From positions 160,001-224,000 of the forward strand of contig CAXXVO010000004.1 of assembly GCA_963422645.2 (NCBI GenBank): DNA of 64,000 nucleotides. The letters run 5' to 3'. This document shows positions 50,474 to 60,725 of this stretch, piece by piece (position 1 is the stretch's first letter; every line of letters begins with the position of its first letter). The notes under the pieces were generated by a model that worked only from the letters and a program-made list of their open reading frames with translations, searched no databases and was not told the origin of the DNA. This stretch comes from Alphaproteobacteria bacterium (lineage in GTDB: Bacteria > Pseudomonadota > Alphaproteobacteria > UBA828). A program made the translations under genes and the position numbers.

Positions 50474-51829
50474 TCAAAAGACCTTGGGTATGAAGAGGTG
50501 CGGGATCTCCTTGCTGTAGCGATCCCAGTCGGCGCCGTATTTCCTCTTGCAGCGGGCGATGTCGCGGGCCGCGCGATGAAGCAGCATCAGTACGAAGAAC
50601 GCCACGTACAAGTAAGGCAGGAAGTGATCGAAGCCGCAGATCAGGCCCCACGACAGCGCCATGAGTACGTCTGCAGTGTAGTGGGGCTTGCGGGCGTAGC
50701 GCCACCATCCGTCGACGAGCAGCTTTGAACCGGCCTTGGTATCCAGGTAGCGGGGATTTTCGAGCGTGCCCCAGGGCAGCTGCGGGAACGCCTTTCGCCT
50801 CACAAACGAGCCGTTGAGCTGCATGCGGAAGCGATTGCGCTGGCTGTTCGCCGTATCCCACACGTAGTAAGCGCCGATGAGGAGGGCGAAACAGAACGCC
50901 GTGTAGGAAATCGAGAGCTCGAAGGGCGGGCGGGACGCGATGTACATGGCGCTGAAGCAGTAGACGAAAGGCACCCCTGCCAGGTTCCAGAAAACCAGCA
51001 TCCAGCCCCACTTCTCGTGGAAGATGTCCCACGTCGTGGGGATGCACTCCTCGCCTTTCATGCAGGCGTTGGCGTAGAGGAAGTGCGCCACCAGCATGAA
51101 GATCATGGGCGTGCTGACCGTGCCGTAAGTGGCGTGCTGGTGGGCGGCAGCGCTCGCCGTGAGCAGAAAGAGCGTTAGCCACGAGACGCGAATCTCCGCC
51201 CACATCTTCAGGTCGAGCATTCCGATGCGCGGGTTGAGCCACGCCCCCATGAAGAAGTCGTGGAGGACGTTGCCCGCCCTCCGCTCCGCGTTGCCCGTGA
51301 CCCGTGCGCCGACGTAGACGCCGATTGCGATCGCGTTCGCGGTGATCATCGCGGCGACCATGAACGCGCCGAATTGCTCGTAGATCGTCTGCAAGGGGAA
51401 GATGCCCGTGACGTGCAGCACGGCGACGCCGGCCAGCGTCAGCCACCAGGCCGTGATCCCATTGCAACGGTAGACCAATCGCCGGCCGCCGCGCGATGGG
51501 ATCGGCAACCCCTTGATCTCCAGTCCCGGAATGAGGGCGGCCATCAATCCTTCTGTGGCCAGGAACCCCCAATAGATTGCGAACGTGCTCCAGGACGGCA
51601 CTGCGTGCTCAACGATGTGCTCCCAGATTTGCCCGAGGAAGGGCCCCACCTCGGAGAGACTCGCCGGATAGAAGAGGGCGCCGTCGTGAAAACGCCACGC
51701 GACCCAGAGATAGAGCATCAACGCGTGCGAGAGCGTGATGACGACGGCCGCACCGATCGGGCCGCCGAACTCGCGCGCGGCTTCGGTGCTCCTGTCCGCA
51801 GTCGCGGGGCTGGTCGCTGCGTCTGGCAC
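50474..51829 (-). CDS. ERG4/ERG24-family sterol reductase, ERG4-like
   Basis: EFGG, DFFMGAWLNPRIG, DLKMWAEIR, KGEECIPTTWDIFHEKWGWML, TANSQRNRFR, LLVDGWWRYARKPHYTAD, HRAARD..C..KYGADW..Y. Confidence 0.9.
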   Translation of the reverse strand: MPDAATSPATADRSTEAAREFGGPIGAAVVITLSHALMLYLWVAWRFHDGALFYPASLSEVGPFLGQIWEHIVEHAVPSWSTFAIYWGFLATEGLMAALIPGLEIKGLPIPSRGGRRLVYRCNGITAWWLTLAGVAVLHVTGIFPLQTIYEQFGAFMVAAMITANAIAIGVYVGARVTGNAERRAGNVLHDFFMGAWLNPRIGMLDLKMWAEIRVSWLTLFLLTASAAAHQHATYGTVSTPMIFMLVAHFLYANACMKGEECIPTTWDIFHEKWGWMLVFWNLAGVPFVYCFSAMYIASRPPFELSISYTAFCFALLIGAYYVWDTANSQRNRFRMQLNGSFVRRKAFPQLPWGTLENPRYLDTKAGSKLLVDGWWRYARKPHYTADVLMALSWGLICGFDHFLPYLYVAFFVLMLLHRAARDIARCKRKYGADWDRYSKEIPHLFIPKVF

Positions 51830-51968
51830 GGCTCCCTCTGTGTAGGGGATCTTCTCAACTAGCCGTTTGGCAGAGCAATCTCAATCCGGCCGTTGGCCGC
51901 GCCTGCGTTGCACGATGCCGCTGGCTCCCGGTACGGCTCTCGGCCGTGACCGTGGTGAGAACTGCGAG

Positions 51969-53633
51969 CTAAACCAGGTTGCGGAGGGATGCGAGGTCGA
52001 AGGCGTCGTCTACGTCCAGCCAGTGGCCGGTGACGTAGAGCACGTCGATGGCCGCGCCCTGGGCGATGAGGCGGGCCAGGAGCTCGGGCAGGTCGGCGGC
52101 ATCGAGGCTGCCGTCCTTGCTCATGGCATCGAGCGCGCCCCGCACCAGGGTGGCGCCGGTCTCGGTCAGCCTGGTGAGGCCGATGAACTCGCCGTGGGCG
52201 GACTCAGGCTCCGCTGCATCGCTCCCGATCGCCTCCAGCGTCACGCGGTCGTCGTCTAGATAGCTGCCGGTGAAGGGCCGCGAGCAGCGCACCCAGTCGA
52301 CCGTGCGGTCGGGGGAGCGGGCACTGTCGCTACGGCGCCTGGCATCCACCACCGTCACGATGTCGCCGTCGGCGGCGAGCAGGCCGTCCAGCACGTGCCG
52401 GCGGAAGAGGATGTCGCCGTAGGAGACCAGGCAGGGCCCGCGGAGACTGTTGCGGGCGCAGGCGAGGGAGGCGGCCTCGCCGGTCTCGTCGAAGCGATCG
52501 TTGTCCACCGCCTCGATGCCGGCGAGGTCGATCGCGTCCTTGCGATAGCCGCGCACCACCGTTACGTCCCGCAGTCCGCTCCGGTTCAAGGTTCGCAACA
52601 GGCGTTGAATCAGGGGCTCGCCGCGCACGTCGATCATGCACTTGGGGCGTTGCTCGGTGAGCGGGCCGAGCTTTGCGCCGCGCGAGGCGGCAAGCAGAAT
52701 CGCGCGGGGGCCGCCGCCGGCGGCGAGATAGCGGGCCTCGGCCGCGGCGAGCTCCGCCTGGCCCGTGAGCTCGAACACCTCCCGCACCGGCGCGATCTCT
52801 TCCTCGACGGCGTTGAGCGATTCGCTCTCCTTGATGGCCTGACAGACCGAGCGCATCGCGGAGACCGCTGCGCGCATGTTGTGGTTGGCCCAGATCACCA
52901 TGGAGACGCCGGCGTCGCGGAAGGTCTGCGTCGGCGTGCGGTGATACATGGTCGGCACGATCACCACCGGCGCGCGGCCGCCCCAGGATTCGCAGAAGCC
53001 GGTGATCTCGTCAGCGGTCGCCTTCTTGGAGTGGATCAGCAGCGCGTCGGCGCCGGCCTCGTGATAGGCCTCCGCGCGGCGCAGCGCCTCGTCCATGCCC
53101 CAGCCGGCGATCAGCGCCTCGATGCGCGCGACGATCTGGAAGTCGTCGTCGCTCTGGCTGTCCTTGCCCGCCTTGATGCGGCCGCAGAACTCGTCCACGT
53201 CCGCGAGCGGCTGGTTCTCGCCGATGAAGGAGTTGGTCTTGGGGAAGAGCTTGTCCTCAATGCAGACTCCGGCGATGCCGCGCTGGCAGAGCTTCTTCAC
53301 CAGGCGGCGCACGTTGTTGAAGTTGCCGTAGCCGGTGTCGCCGTCCACGAGGATGGGGATCGTGGTGGCGTCGGCCATGAACTCCAGCATTTCCAGGACC
53401 TGGGTCCAGGAGGCCTCGTTGTTGTCGCGAACGCCGAGCGCCGCCGACATCGAAAGGCCTGAGGCCCAGATGCCCTCGAATCCGGTCTCCTCCACGATCT
53501 TGGCGGAGAGGCCGTTATGCGCCTCCATGATGAAGGCAAGCGCTGGGGCCTGCAGCAGGCCGCGCAGCCCCGCGGCCTTCGAGAGCGGCTCACTCTGCGC
53601 GTCGGCGCTGCCGACGGGTAGTCTTTTCGCCAT
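51969..53633 (-). CDS. pepM: Phosphoenolpyruvate mutase fused to C-terminal nucleotidyltransferase
   Basis: [38 protein letters not shown] (EDKxxxxxNS signature); C-terminal LAASRG...PKCM, GY, YGD. Confidence 0.94.
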   Translation of the reverse strand: MAKRLPVGSADAQSEPLSKAAGLRGLLQAPALAFIMEAHNGLSAKIVEETGFEGIWASGLSMSAALGVRDNNEASWTQVLEMLEFMADATTIPILVDGDTGYGNFNNVRRLVKKLCQRGIAGVCIEDKLFPKTNSFIGENQPLADVDEFCGRIKAGKDSQSDDDFQIVARIEALIAGWGMDEALRRAEAYHEAGADALLIHSKKATADEITGFCESWGGRAPVVIVPTMYHRTPTQTFRDAGVSMVIWANHNMRAAVSAMRSVCQAIKESESLNAVEEEIAPVREVFELTGQAELAAAEARYLAAGGGPRAILLAASRGAKLGPLTEQRPKCMIDVRGEPLIQRLLRTLNRSGLRDVTVVRGYRKDAIDLAGIEAVDNDRFDETGEAASLACARNSLRGPCLVSYGDILFRRHVLDGLLAADGDIVTVVDARRRSDSARSPDRTVDWVRCSRPFTGSYLDDDRVTLEAIGSDAAEPESAHGEFIGLTRLTETGATLVRGALDAMSKDGSLDAADLPELLARLIAQGAAIDVLYVTGHWLDVDDAFDLASLRNLV

Positions 53634-53840
53634 GGGAAATCGCCGGTTCGTCGCCGGTTCGTCCATGAACCTGCGGTATCACGATGATATAAAAGGGTAA
53701 CGACAAGCCGGTGCCGATGCAATGCGGCGCCCTGTTCTTGTTCCTGTTTGGGTGCCCGCCACAAGACGATGCACCGGAAGCGACGCGGTCAGAGTCGTCG
53801 CGGGGACGCTCTCCGGTGCGACCAACAGAGACGGAGCCGC

Positions 53841-54995
53841 ATGCCACCGAACGATCGAGACACCAGCCGCGACCCCATCGCCTTCATCGACCTGGGCGCG
53901 CAGTACCGGCGGCTCAAGGCGGATATCGATGCCGGGCTCGCGCGGGTGCTCGAGGACGGCCGCTTCGTCCTGGGCCCGCCGGTTGTCGAGCTGGAGACGG
54001 CGCTGGCCGCGCGCGCCGGCGTCGCCCACGCCCTCACCTGCGCGAGCGGCACCGACGCCCTTCAGATCGCATTGATGGCCGAGGGGATCGGGCCGGGCGA
54101 CGCGGTCTTCGTCCCCGGCTTCACCTTTCCCGCGACGGCGGGCGTGGTGGCCTTGGTGGGCGCATCGGCGGTCTTCGTCGATGTGGTCGAAGAGAGCTGC
54201 ATGATGGATCCCGCCGACCTCGCCGCGCGAATCGCGCGCGTAAGGGCGGAAGGGCGGCTCACGCCGAAGGCGGTGATCGCGGCGGATCTGTTCGGCCAGG
54301 CGGCGGACTACGACGCGCTCGCGCCGCTGGCCGCGGAGCGGGGCCTGCTGCTGATCGACGACGCGGCGCAGAGCTTCGGTGGGGCGAGCGGCGGCCGCCC
54401 GGTGGGCGCGCTGGCACCGGTCACCACCACCAGCTTCTATCCGGCGAAGCCCCTCGGCGGCTACGGCGACGGCGGGGCGCTCTTCACCGGCGACGGGGAG
54501 CGGGCGGCGCGCTGGCGCTCGATCCGCCAGCACGGCCAGGGCGAGGGCAAGTACGACATCGTCCGCGTCGGTCTCAACAGCCGCCTCGATACCCTCCAGG
54601 CCGCGGTTCTGCTGGTCAAGCTCGCCGCCTTCGATGCCGAGATCGACGCGCGCGAGCGGGTCGCGGTGGCATACGAGTCGGTGCTCGCCGGGGCAGTCGG
54701 GTTGCCGGGGCGGCTGCCGGCGCGGCGCTCGACCTGGGCGCAGTACACGATCCGGCTGGAAGGGCGCGACAAGGTTCAGGCGGCCCTCGCGGCGCAGGGG
54801 ATCCCGACCGCGATCCACTACCCCGTTCCGATGCACCTGCAGCCGGCCTATCGTGAGTACGGCGAGGGCCCCGGCTCGCTCCCGGTCAGCGAGCGCCTCA
54901 GCCGGCAAGTGCTGTGCCTGCCGATGCACGCCGATCTCGACGAGTCTACGGCAACGCGCATCGCGCTGGCCGTGCGAGACGCAGCGGCCGGGTGA
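53841..54995 (+). CDS. DegT/DnrJ/EryC1/StrS sugar aminotransferase
   Basis: FIDLGAQY, SGTDAL, DDAAQSFG, SFYPAKPLGGYGDGG, NSRLDTLQAA, IHYP. Confidence 0.93.
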   Translation: MPPNDRDTSRDPIAFIDLGAQYRRLKADIDAGLARVLEDGRFVLGPPVVELETALAARAGVAHALTCASGTDALQIALMAEGIGPGDAVFVPGFTFPATAGVVALVGASAVFVDVVEESCMMDPADLAARIARVRAEGRLTPKAVIAADLFGQAADYDALAPLAAERGLLLIDDAAQSFGGASGGRPVGALAPVTTTSFYPAKPLGGYGDGGALFTGDGERAARWRSIRQHGQGEGKYDIVRVGLNSRLDTLQAAVLLVKLAAFDAEIDARERVAVAYESVLAGAVGLPGRLPARRSTWAQYTIRLEGRDKVQAALAAQGIPTAIHYPVPMHLQPAYREYGEGPGSLPVSERLSRQVLCLPMHADLDESTATRIALAVRDAAAG

Positions 54996-55014
54996 CGGCG
55001 TGCCGACACGTGTC

Positions 55015-56226
55015 ATGAGCCAGGGGCCGGCGCCCGCCGAGGCCACCCGCTGGGACATCGTGCTGATGGCCCTGGGCGCTGGCATCCTCGCCGGCTTTCA
55101 GGTCGGCAAGGTGCCGCCCGCGCTGCCGGTGCTGCGCGAGAGCCTGGGCCTCGACCTCGTCACCGCCGGCTGGCTCACCTCGATCTACTACGGGATCGGT
55201 GCCGCCGTCGCCGTCGCGGTGGGTCTGATCTCCGATCGCGTGGGCCCGCGCCGGCTGATGCTGGTGGGCTTGGCCTTCCTCAGCGTGGGCAGCCTGATGG
55301 GCGGGCTGGTGAGCGGCAGCACCTGGCTGCTGGTCGCGCGCTTCATCGAGGGCTTCGGCTTCGTGGGCATCACGGTGACCGCACCAAAGCTGATCGCCAC
55401 GGCCGCGCGCCCCCGCGATCACGGGCTCGCCTTCGGCATCTGGGGCGCCTACATGCCGATCGGGATGGCGATCGCCATGCTGATCGCGCCGGCGCTGCTC
55501 GATACCATCGGCTGGCGCGGCTTCTGGCTGGTGAGCGCCGTGCTGGTCGCGCTCTTCATGGCGGCGCTCGGCTGGAGCCTGCATCCGCGCCGCTGGCCGG
55601 TCGCCTTCGACGCCCAGGCTCTCGATTGGCCCGGCGTGCGCGAGACCCTGGTGCGGGCCGCTCTCTGGCTCTTCGGTCTCTCGTTCGCCCTCTACACGCT
55701 GCAGTGGTTCGCGATCACGGCCTGGCTGCCGACCTTCCTGATCGAGACGCAGGGGCGCAGCGCGGCTGGAGCTGCGATCTGGGGCGCGATGGTGGTGGCA
55801 GCCAACGCCTTCGGCAACTTCGCTGCTGCCTGGCTGATGTACCGGCGCGCACCGCGCTGGGCGCTGACCGGGATCGCCTTCTGCGCCATGGGCGGCTCGT
55901 CGGCCGGGATCTTCCTCTCGGGCACGTCTGGCGACCTCAAGATCGTGCTCGCCTTCGTGTTCAGCGCGGTCGGCGGCCTGCTGCCGGCGGCGGCAATCGC
56001 CGGTGCCGCCGCCCACGCGCCGCGCGCTGCCTTCGTCGCCATGGCCAGCGGCTTCGTGGTGCAGGGGGCGGCAATCGGCAGCCTCTTGGGTCCCCCGGTG
56101 ATGGCCGCCGCCGTCGAGGGCCTCGGCGGCTGGGCTGCCTCCTGGTGGGTGATGCTCGCGGTCTCGGGCGCCGGTCTCGGCGTCGTGGCCGGTCTGATCG
56201 CAACCGACCGCCGCCCCCGCATCTGA
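55015..56226 (+). CDS. MFS transporter
   Basis: About 12 hydrophobic segments, GLISDRVGPRR (motif A), GKVPPALP. Confidence 0.88.
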   Translation: MSQGPAPAEATRWDIVLMALGAGILAGFQVGKVPPALPVLRESLGLDLVTAGWLTSIYYGIGAAVAVAVGLISDRVGPRRLMLVGLAFLSVGSLMGGLVSGSTWLLVARFIEGFGFVGITVTAPKLIATAARPRDHGLAFGIWGAYMPIGMAIAMLIAPALLDTIGWRGFWLVSAVLVALFMAALGWSLHPRRWPVAFDAQALDWPGVRETLVRAALWLFGLSFALYTLQWFAITAWLPTFLIETQGRSAAGAAIWGAMVVAANAFGNFAAAWLMYRRAPRWALTGIAFCAMGGSSAGIFLSGTSGDLKIVLAFVFSAVGGLLPAAAIAGAAAHAPRAAFVAMASGFVVQGAAIGSLLGPPVMAAAVEGLGGWAASWWVMLAVSGAGLGVVAGLIATDRRPRI

Positions 56227-56350
56227 TCCCGCTCGCTGTAGCCGAAGCCCTCTGCTCGATGCGCCGGCAGGGAGCGGCCGTTGACAGACCCGCGCGCGGT
56301 GTCCATTGATCGCTTTGGCATTCGACGCGACGACGCGACGGGAATTCGAC

Positions 56351-57007
56351 ATGCTGACCTTCACCGAAGAGATACTGCTCCTGCTGCTGGACGACGAGGA
56401 CGGCACCTTCGTGCCGATCTCGAAGGCCAACCTGGGGTGCGCCATTGGCGGTGCCGTATTGATGGACCTGGCCTTCGCCTACCGCATCGACACCGACCCG
56501 CAGGCGCTCGTGGTTACCGACCCGACGCCGACCGGCAACCCCATGCTCGACGGCACCCTGGCAAAGATCGTTGCGCACGAGGGCGACTCGGATACGCGGG
56601 CCTGGATCAGGGTGCTGTCGGTCGAAGATGCGCCCGCCATCCGCGAGCAGGCGCTGGAAAGCCTCGTCGCGCGCGGCATCGTGCAGGTGCGCGAGCAGAG
56701 GGTGATGTGGGCCTTCCGCATGCGCCGCTATCCCACGATCGACGGCAACGTGGAGCAGGAGGTCAAGCTGCGGATCGGGGAGGTCCTGTTCTCCGACGAC
56801 ATCCCCGACCCGCGCGACGTCGCCCTGATCGGCCTGGTGGATGCCTGCGACATTCTAGGCGACATCTTCTCCGGCAAGGACATGGAGCAGTGCCGCCCGC
56901 GCGTCGAGCAGCTGCGCAAGATGGACCTGATCGGCCGCGAGCTAGCGAACGCGATCTCCGACATCGAGCATACCGTGGCGATGGCGCTCTCGGGCGCGCC
57001 CTACTAA
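56351..57007 (+). CDS. GPP34/GOLPH3-family protein
   Basis: MLTFTEEILLLLLDDEDG, GAVLMDLA, PTGNPMLD, RRYP, PDPRDVALIGL. Confidence 0.8.
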   Translation: MLTFTEEILLLLLDDEDGTFVPISKANLGCAIGGAVLMDLAFAYRIDTDPQALVVTDPTPTGNPMLDGTLAKIVAHEGDSDTRAWIRVLSVEDAPAIREQALESLVARGIVQVREQRVMWAFRMRRYPTIDGNVEQEVKLRIGEVLFSDDIPDPRDVALIGLVDACDILGDIFSGKDMEQCRPRVEQLRKMDLIGRELANAISDIEHTVAMALSGAPY

Positions 57008-57048
57008 CTCGAAAGATGCACTGACGCGGGGGCCGCCCCGTCCATTCG

Positions 57049-57083
57049 TTGACAACCCTTATTGATACGTTATCTTGTAGCGC
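57049..57083 (+). promoter_or_regulatory. Sigma70 promoter with overlapping probable Zur box
   Basis: TTGACA-N16-TATCTT; GTTAT-CTT-GTAGC at 57069-57081 resembles GTTAT-N3-ATAAC. Confidence 0.5.
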
Positions 57084-57148
57084 AATAGTATTTCATATCG
57101 ATCATCCTGCCTTCGGGCGACCGAACCAACCCGCGATGGAGTGGTGAC

Positions 57149-58738
57149 ATGCGCTACAAGATGCTCCTTGCCGCAAGTGCCGCGACTGCGGCCTTCGGGG
57201 CCACCCTGACACCGCCTCCGGCACAGGCCCAATCGGATACCGACACGCCGATGGCGGCCATTCTCGCCGTCGAGATTGCGACGCTGCGGGAGCAATACGA
57301 AGCGCGCATCAGGGCGCTGGAGGAAAAGCTCGAAGCGCTGCAGTCGAGGGTCGGCGGCGAGGCGCCGGACCCTCACGATCATGGCGCCCATGACGCTCAC
57401 GATGATCATGGCGCTCACGACGATCGTGACACTCACGGCCACGGCGAGGAAATGGCCGAGCACGACGACCATGGGGCCATGCTCGAGCCGGAAATCGGCG
57501 CGGTGCTCCGGGGCATGTTCACCTCCTTCTCGGCCGAAGAGTCGGAGATCGCCGGGTTCCGCTTCGGCCACGAGAGCGAGCGCGCGCCGGAAGGCTTCTC
57601 GGTGGGCCATAGCGAGCTGAGCCTGTCAGGCGATGTCGGCAACGCGGCGCGTGCCAGTCTCGTGCTCGGCATTGGCGCTCACCCCGGCGAGCCGGCGGAG
57701 CTCGAGCTCGAAGAGGCCTATGTGCAGACGCTGCCGGGATTAGGCTTGACCGAGAACTTCACCGTGTCGGCGGGCCGCAAGCTGTGGTCGTTCGGCTATC
57801 TCAACGAGCGTCATTCGCACGAAGACGACTTCGCCGACCGCCCCTTGCCCTACCGGGCCTTTCTGGACGGCGCCTTCAACGACGATGGCATCCAGCTCTC
57901 GCTCGCGTTGCCCGGCGCTGTTCGCACGGAGATCGGCGGCGGCCTCTTTCGTGGCGACGATCGTCCCTTCGGCGGGTCCGACAACGGGCGCCGGGCGCTC
58001 TCGGCCTATGCACGGATCGGCGGAGACCTGGGCAGCGACTCGTCATGGGGCATCGGGGCCTCCCTCCTGAGTGGAGAGGTTGTGGGCGGCGGCCACGCGC
58101 ACGACGAGCACGGGCATGACGACGAGCACGACGAGGACATGGATCATCATGATGAGGAAGACCACCACGACGACGAGATGGACGACCACGACGATGAGCA
58201 CGACGGCGAGATGGACGACCACGACGACGAGCACGCTGACGAACACGACCACGACGATGAGATGACCCCGGCGTCGATCTTCTCCGACGGCGTGTTCAGC
58301 GGCGACCGCGCGCTCTTCGGAACCGACATCCGCTTTGCCTGGGCGCCGACGGGCAATGCGAGGCAGAGCGAAGTGATCCTCCAGGGCGAGTATCTCTGGC
58401 AGACCGACGACGGCGTCTACACGCTGGAGGACGATGAGATGGAGGAGCACGAGCTGACCGCCGATGGCAGGAGCGCCGGGTGGTATGCGCAGGCGGTCTA
58501 CAAGTTGGCGCCCCAGTGGCGGATCGGCGCGCGCTATGCGCGTCTTGTCCCGCCGAGCGCGGCGCACGTCGATCACGAACCGAGCGCGCTCGCCGTCATG
58601 GGCGACTGGACCAGCGACCGGTTCGGGCAACTGCGCTTGCAGTACAACCGGGAATCGCTGGCGCACGGCGCGGAGGACGATCAGATCGTCCTGCAATACA
58701 CGGTGAGCCTGGGCGGGCACGGCGGCCACGACCACTGA
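57149..58738 (+). CDS. His/Asp-rich outer-membrane beta-barrel, probable zinc-regulated metal uptake protein
   Basis: Signal peptide, coiled coil, ELEEAY, FGYLNERHSH.DDFADRPLPY, GWYAQ, LRLQY, C-terminal SLGGHGGHDH; His/Asp tracts at ~57374-57474 and ~58094-58263. Confidence 0.75.
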   Translation: MRYKMLLAASAATAAFGATLTPPPAQAQSDTDTPMAAILAVEIATLREQYEARIRALEEKLEALQSRVGGEAPDPHDHGAHDAHDDHGAHDDRDTHGHGEEMAEHDDHGAMLEPEIGAVLRGMFTSFSAEESEIAGFRFGHESERAPEGFSVGHSELSLSGDVGNAARASLVLGIGAHPGEPAELELEEAYVQTLPGLGLTENFTVSAGRKLWSFGYLNERHSHEDDFADRPLPYRAFLDGAFNDDGIQLSLALPGAVRTEIGGGLFRGDDRPFGGSDNGRRALSAYARIGGDLGSDSSWGIGASLLSGEVVGGGHAHDEHGHDDEHDEDMDHHDEEDHHDDEMDDHDDEHDGEMDDHDDEHADEHDHDDEMTPASIFSDGVFSGDRALFGTDIRFAWAPTGNARQSEVILQGEYLWQTDDGVYTLEDDEMEEHELTADGRSAGWYAQAVYKLAPQWRIGARYARLVPPSAAHVDHEPSALAVMGDWTSDRFGQLRLQYNRESLAHGAEDDQIVLQYTVSLGGHGGHDH

Positions 58739-58818
58739 GGCTTCCCGACGCGCCGCTGGAGGGGGAAGCAGGCATCGTCTAGCATCCGAACGGGACTGAT
58801 CCCGCGCGGAGGCTGGCC

Positions 58819-59673
58819 ATGATCCTTCTGACCGGGGCGACCGGGACGACCGGGACGCCGACGGTCGCGCAGCTGCGCGCGACGGGCCGGCCCTTCCGCA
58901 TCATGAGCCGCGACGTGGCGCGCGCGAGGCGGCAGTTCGGCGAGGACCTCGACTATGTCGAGGGCGACTTCGCGCGGCCCGAGACCCTCGCCGCCGCGTT
59001 CGAGGGGATCGAGACGCTGTCGCTCCTCTGCGCCTTCTCCGAAGCGATGGTCGAGCTTGAGCTGAACGCGGTGGAGGCCGCAAAGCGCGCGGGCATCCGC
59101 CGCATCGTCAAGATGTCGGCGATCAAGGCCGCGCCCGACGCGCCCACCACGATCCGCCGCTGGCACGGCGAAATCGAGCAGCGCATCAATCAGTCCGGCA
59201 TCGCCTACACCCACCTCTGGCCCAATGCCTTCATGCAGAATTTCCGCCGCTTCGCGCCGCTCATCAGGGAGCGCGGCGAGTTCTACGCGCCGGTGGGCGA
59301 CGCCCGGATATCGCTGGTGGAGATCGAGGACGTGGCCGCGGTGACGGTCGCGGCGCTGGCCGACGACGGTCACGAGGGCGAGACCTACGAGATCACCGGG
59401 CCGGAGGCGATCTCCTATGCCGAATGCGCGGCGATCCTCTCGGAGGAGCTGGGCCGGGAGGTGCGCTATGTCTCGGTCAGCGACGAGGACGCGCGGGCCG
59501 CGCTCGCCGAGGCCGGCATCGGGCCGAAGGCGGCGCATGCGCTGGTCGAGATCGACGGCCTCTTCCGCACGGGCTTCGGGGCGCCGGTGACGGACGTGGT
59601 CGAGCGGGTGACCGGGCGCGCGCCCCGCGACTTCCGCACCTTCGCGCGCGAGAACGTGGCGCTCTTCCGGTAG
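58819..59673 (+). CDS. NmrA-like/atypical SDR oxidoreductase
   Basis: ILLTGATGTTG, PNAFMQN, DVAAV, YEITGPE. Confidence 0.88.
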   Translation: MILLTGATGTTGTPTVAQLRATGRPFRIMSRDVARARRQFGEDLDYVEGDFARPETLAAAFEGIETLSLLCAFSEAMVELELNAVEAAKRAGIRRIVKMSAIKAAPDAPTTIRRWHGEIEQRINQSGIAYTHLWPNAFMQNFRRFAPLIRERGEFYAPVGDARISLVEIEDVAAVTVAALADDGHEGETYEITGPEAISYAECAAILSEELGREVRYVSVSDEDARAALAEAGIGPKAAHALVEIDGLFRTGFGAPVTDVVERVTGRAPRDFRTFARENVALFR

Positions 59674-59686
59674 GGGCGGCGAGGCG

Positions 59687-60598
59687 ATGACCGACACCTC
59701 CTATCCCCGCGACATGGCGGGCTACGGGCGGCACCGCCCGCATCCCCGCTGGCCCGGCGACGCGCGCATCGCCGTGCAGTTCGTCATCAACTACGAGGAA
59801 GGCGCGGAGAACAGCATCCTCCACGGCGACGCCGGCTCGGAGACGCTGCTGACCGAGTTCGGCTTCGCCGAGTCCCGCGTCGGCGAGCGGGCGCTCCCCA
59901 TCGAGTCGATGTACGAGTTCGGCAGCCGCGTCGGCTTCTGGCGCCTGCATCGGCTCTTCACCGAGCGCGGGGTGCCGGTCACGATCTTCGGCGTCGCCAT
60001 GGCGCTCGCCCGCAACCCGGACGCGGTCGCCGCGATGGTGGAGGCGGACTGGGAGATCGCGAGCCACGGCTATCGCTGGATCGACTATCACGCCCTGCCC
60101 GAGGCCGAGGAGCGCGCGCACATCGAGAAGGTCATCGCGATCCAGCAGGGGCTGACCGGCACGCGCCCGCTCGGCTACTTCCTCGGCCGGCGCAGTCCCA
60201 ACACAGTGCGCCTCGTGGCGGAGGAGGGGGGCTTCCTCTACAGCCAGGATTCCTACGCCGACGAGCTGCCCTACTGGGTGGAGGAGGCCGGCCGGCCCCT
60301 GCTGATGATCCCCTACACGGCGGACCACAACGACCACCGCTTCGCGACAGCGCCGGGCTTCGACTGGGGCGAGCCCTTCTTCGCCTACCTGCGCGACGCC
60401 TTCGACGTGCTCTACGAGGAGGGCGCCGAACAGCCCGGCATGATGAGCATCGGCCTGCACAGCCGGCTGGTCGGCCGGCCCGGCCGCTTCGCCGCGCTCA
60501 GGCGCTTCGTTGACCACGTGCTCGCCCACGACCGCGTCTGGCTCTGCCGCGGAATCGACATCGCCCGCCACTGGCGGGAGCGGGGGGACGGGCCGTGA
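59687..60598 (+). CDS. puuE: PuuE-type allantoinase (polysaccharide deacetylase fold)
   Basis: YPRDMAGYG, WPGDARIAVQFVINYEEG, ESMYEFGSRVGFWR, ASHGYRW, YADELPYW, SIGLHSRLVGRPGR. Confidence 0.85.
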   Translation: MTDTSYPRDMAGYGRHRPHPRWPGDARIAVQFVINYEEGAENSILHGDAGSETLLTEFGFAESRVGERALPIESMYEFGSRVGFWRLHRLFTERGVPVTIFGVAMALARNPDAVAAMVEADWEIASHGYRWIDYHALPEAEERAHIEKVIAIQQGLTGTRPLGYFLGRRSPNTVRLVAEEGGFLYSQDSYADELPYWVEEAGRPLLMIPYTADHNDHRFATAPGFDWGEPFFAYLRDAFDVLYEEGAEQPGMMSIGLHSRLVGRPGRFAALRRFVDHVLAHDRVWLCRGIDIARHWRERGDGP

Positions 60599-60725
60599 GT
60601 GGTATTGCCCCAACTTCGTCTAAGATCGGGCTGCCAGTTGCAACATCAGCGGTGCGTCGGTATCAATGACACATCCTGAGCAGTAAGTGTCTAGGAATCA
60701 TTGAAGCGACACGTCGGAACTAATC

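Noticed and set aside
58094-58263. Short DNA repeats as a possible array
   Set aside because: In-frame coding repeats of the His/Asp tract; no spacers or cas genes.
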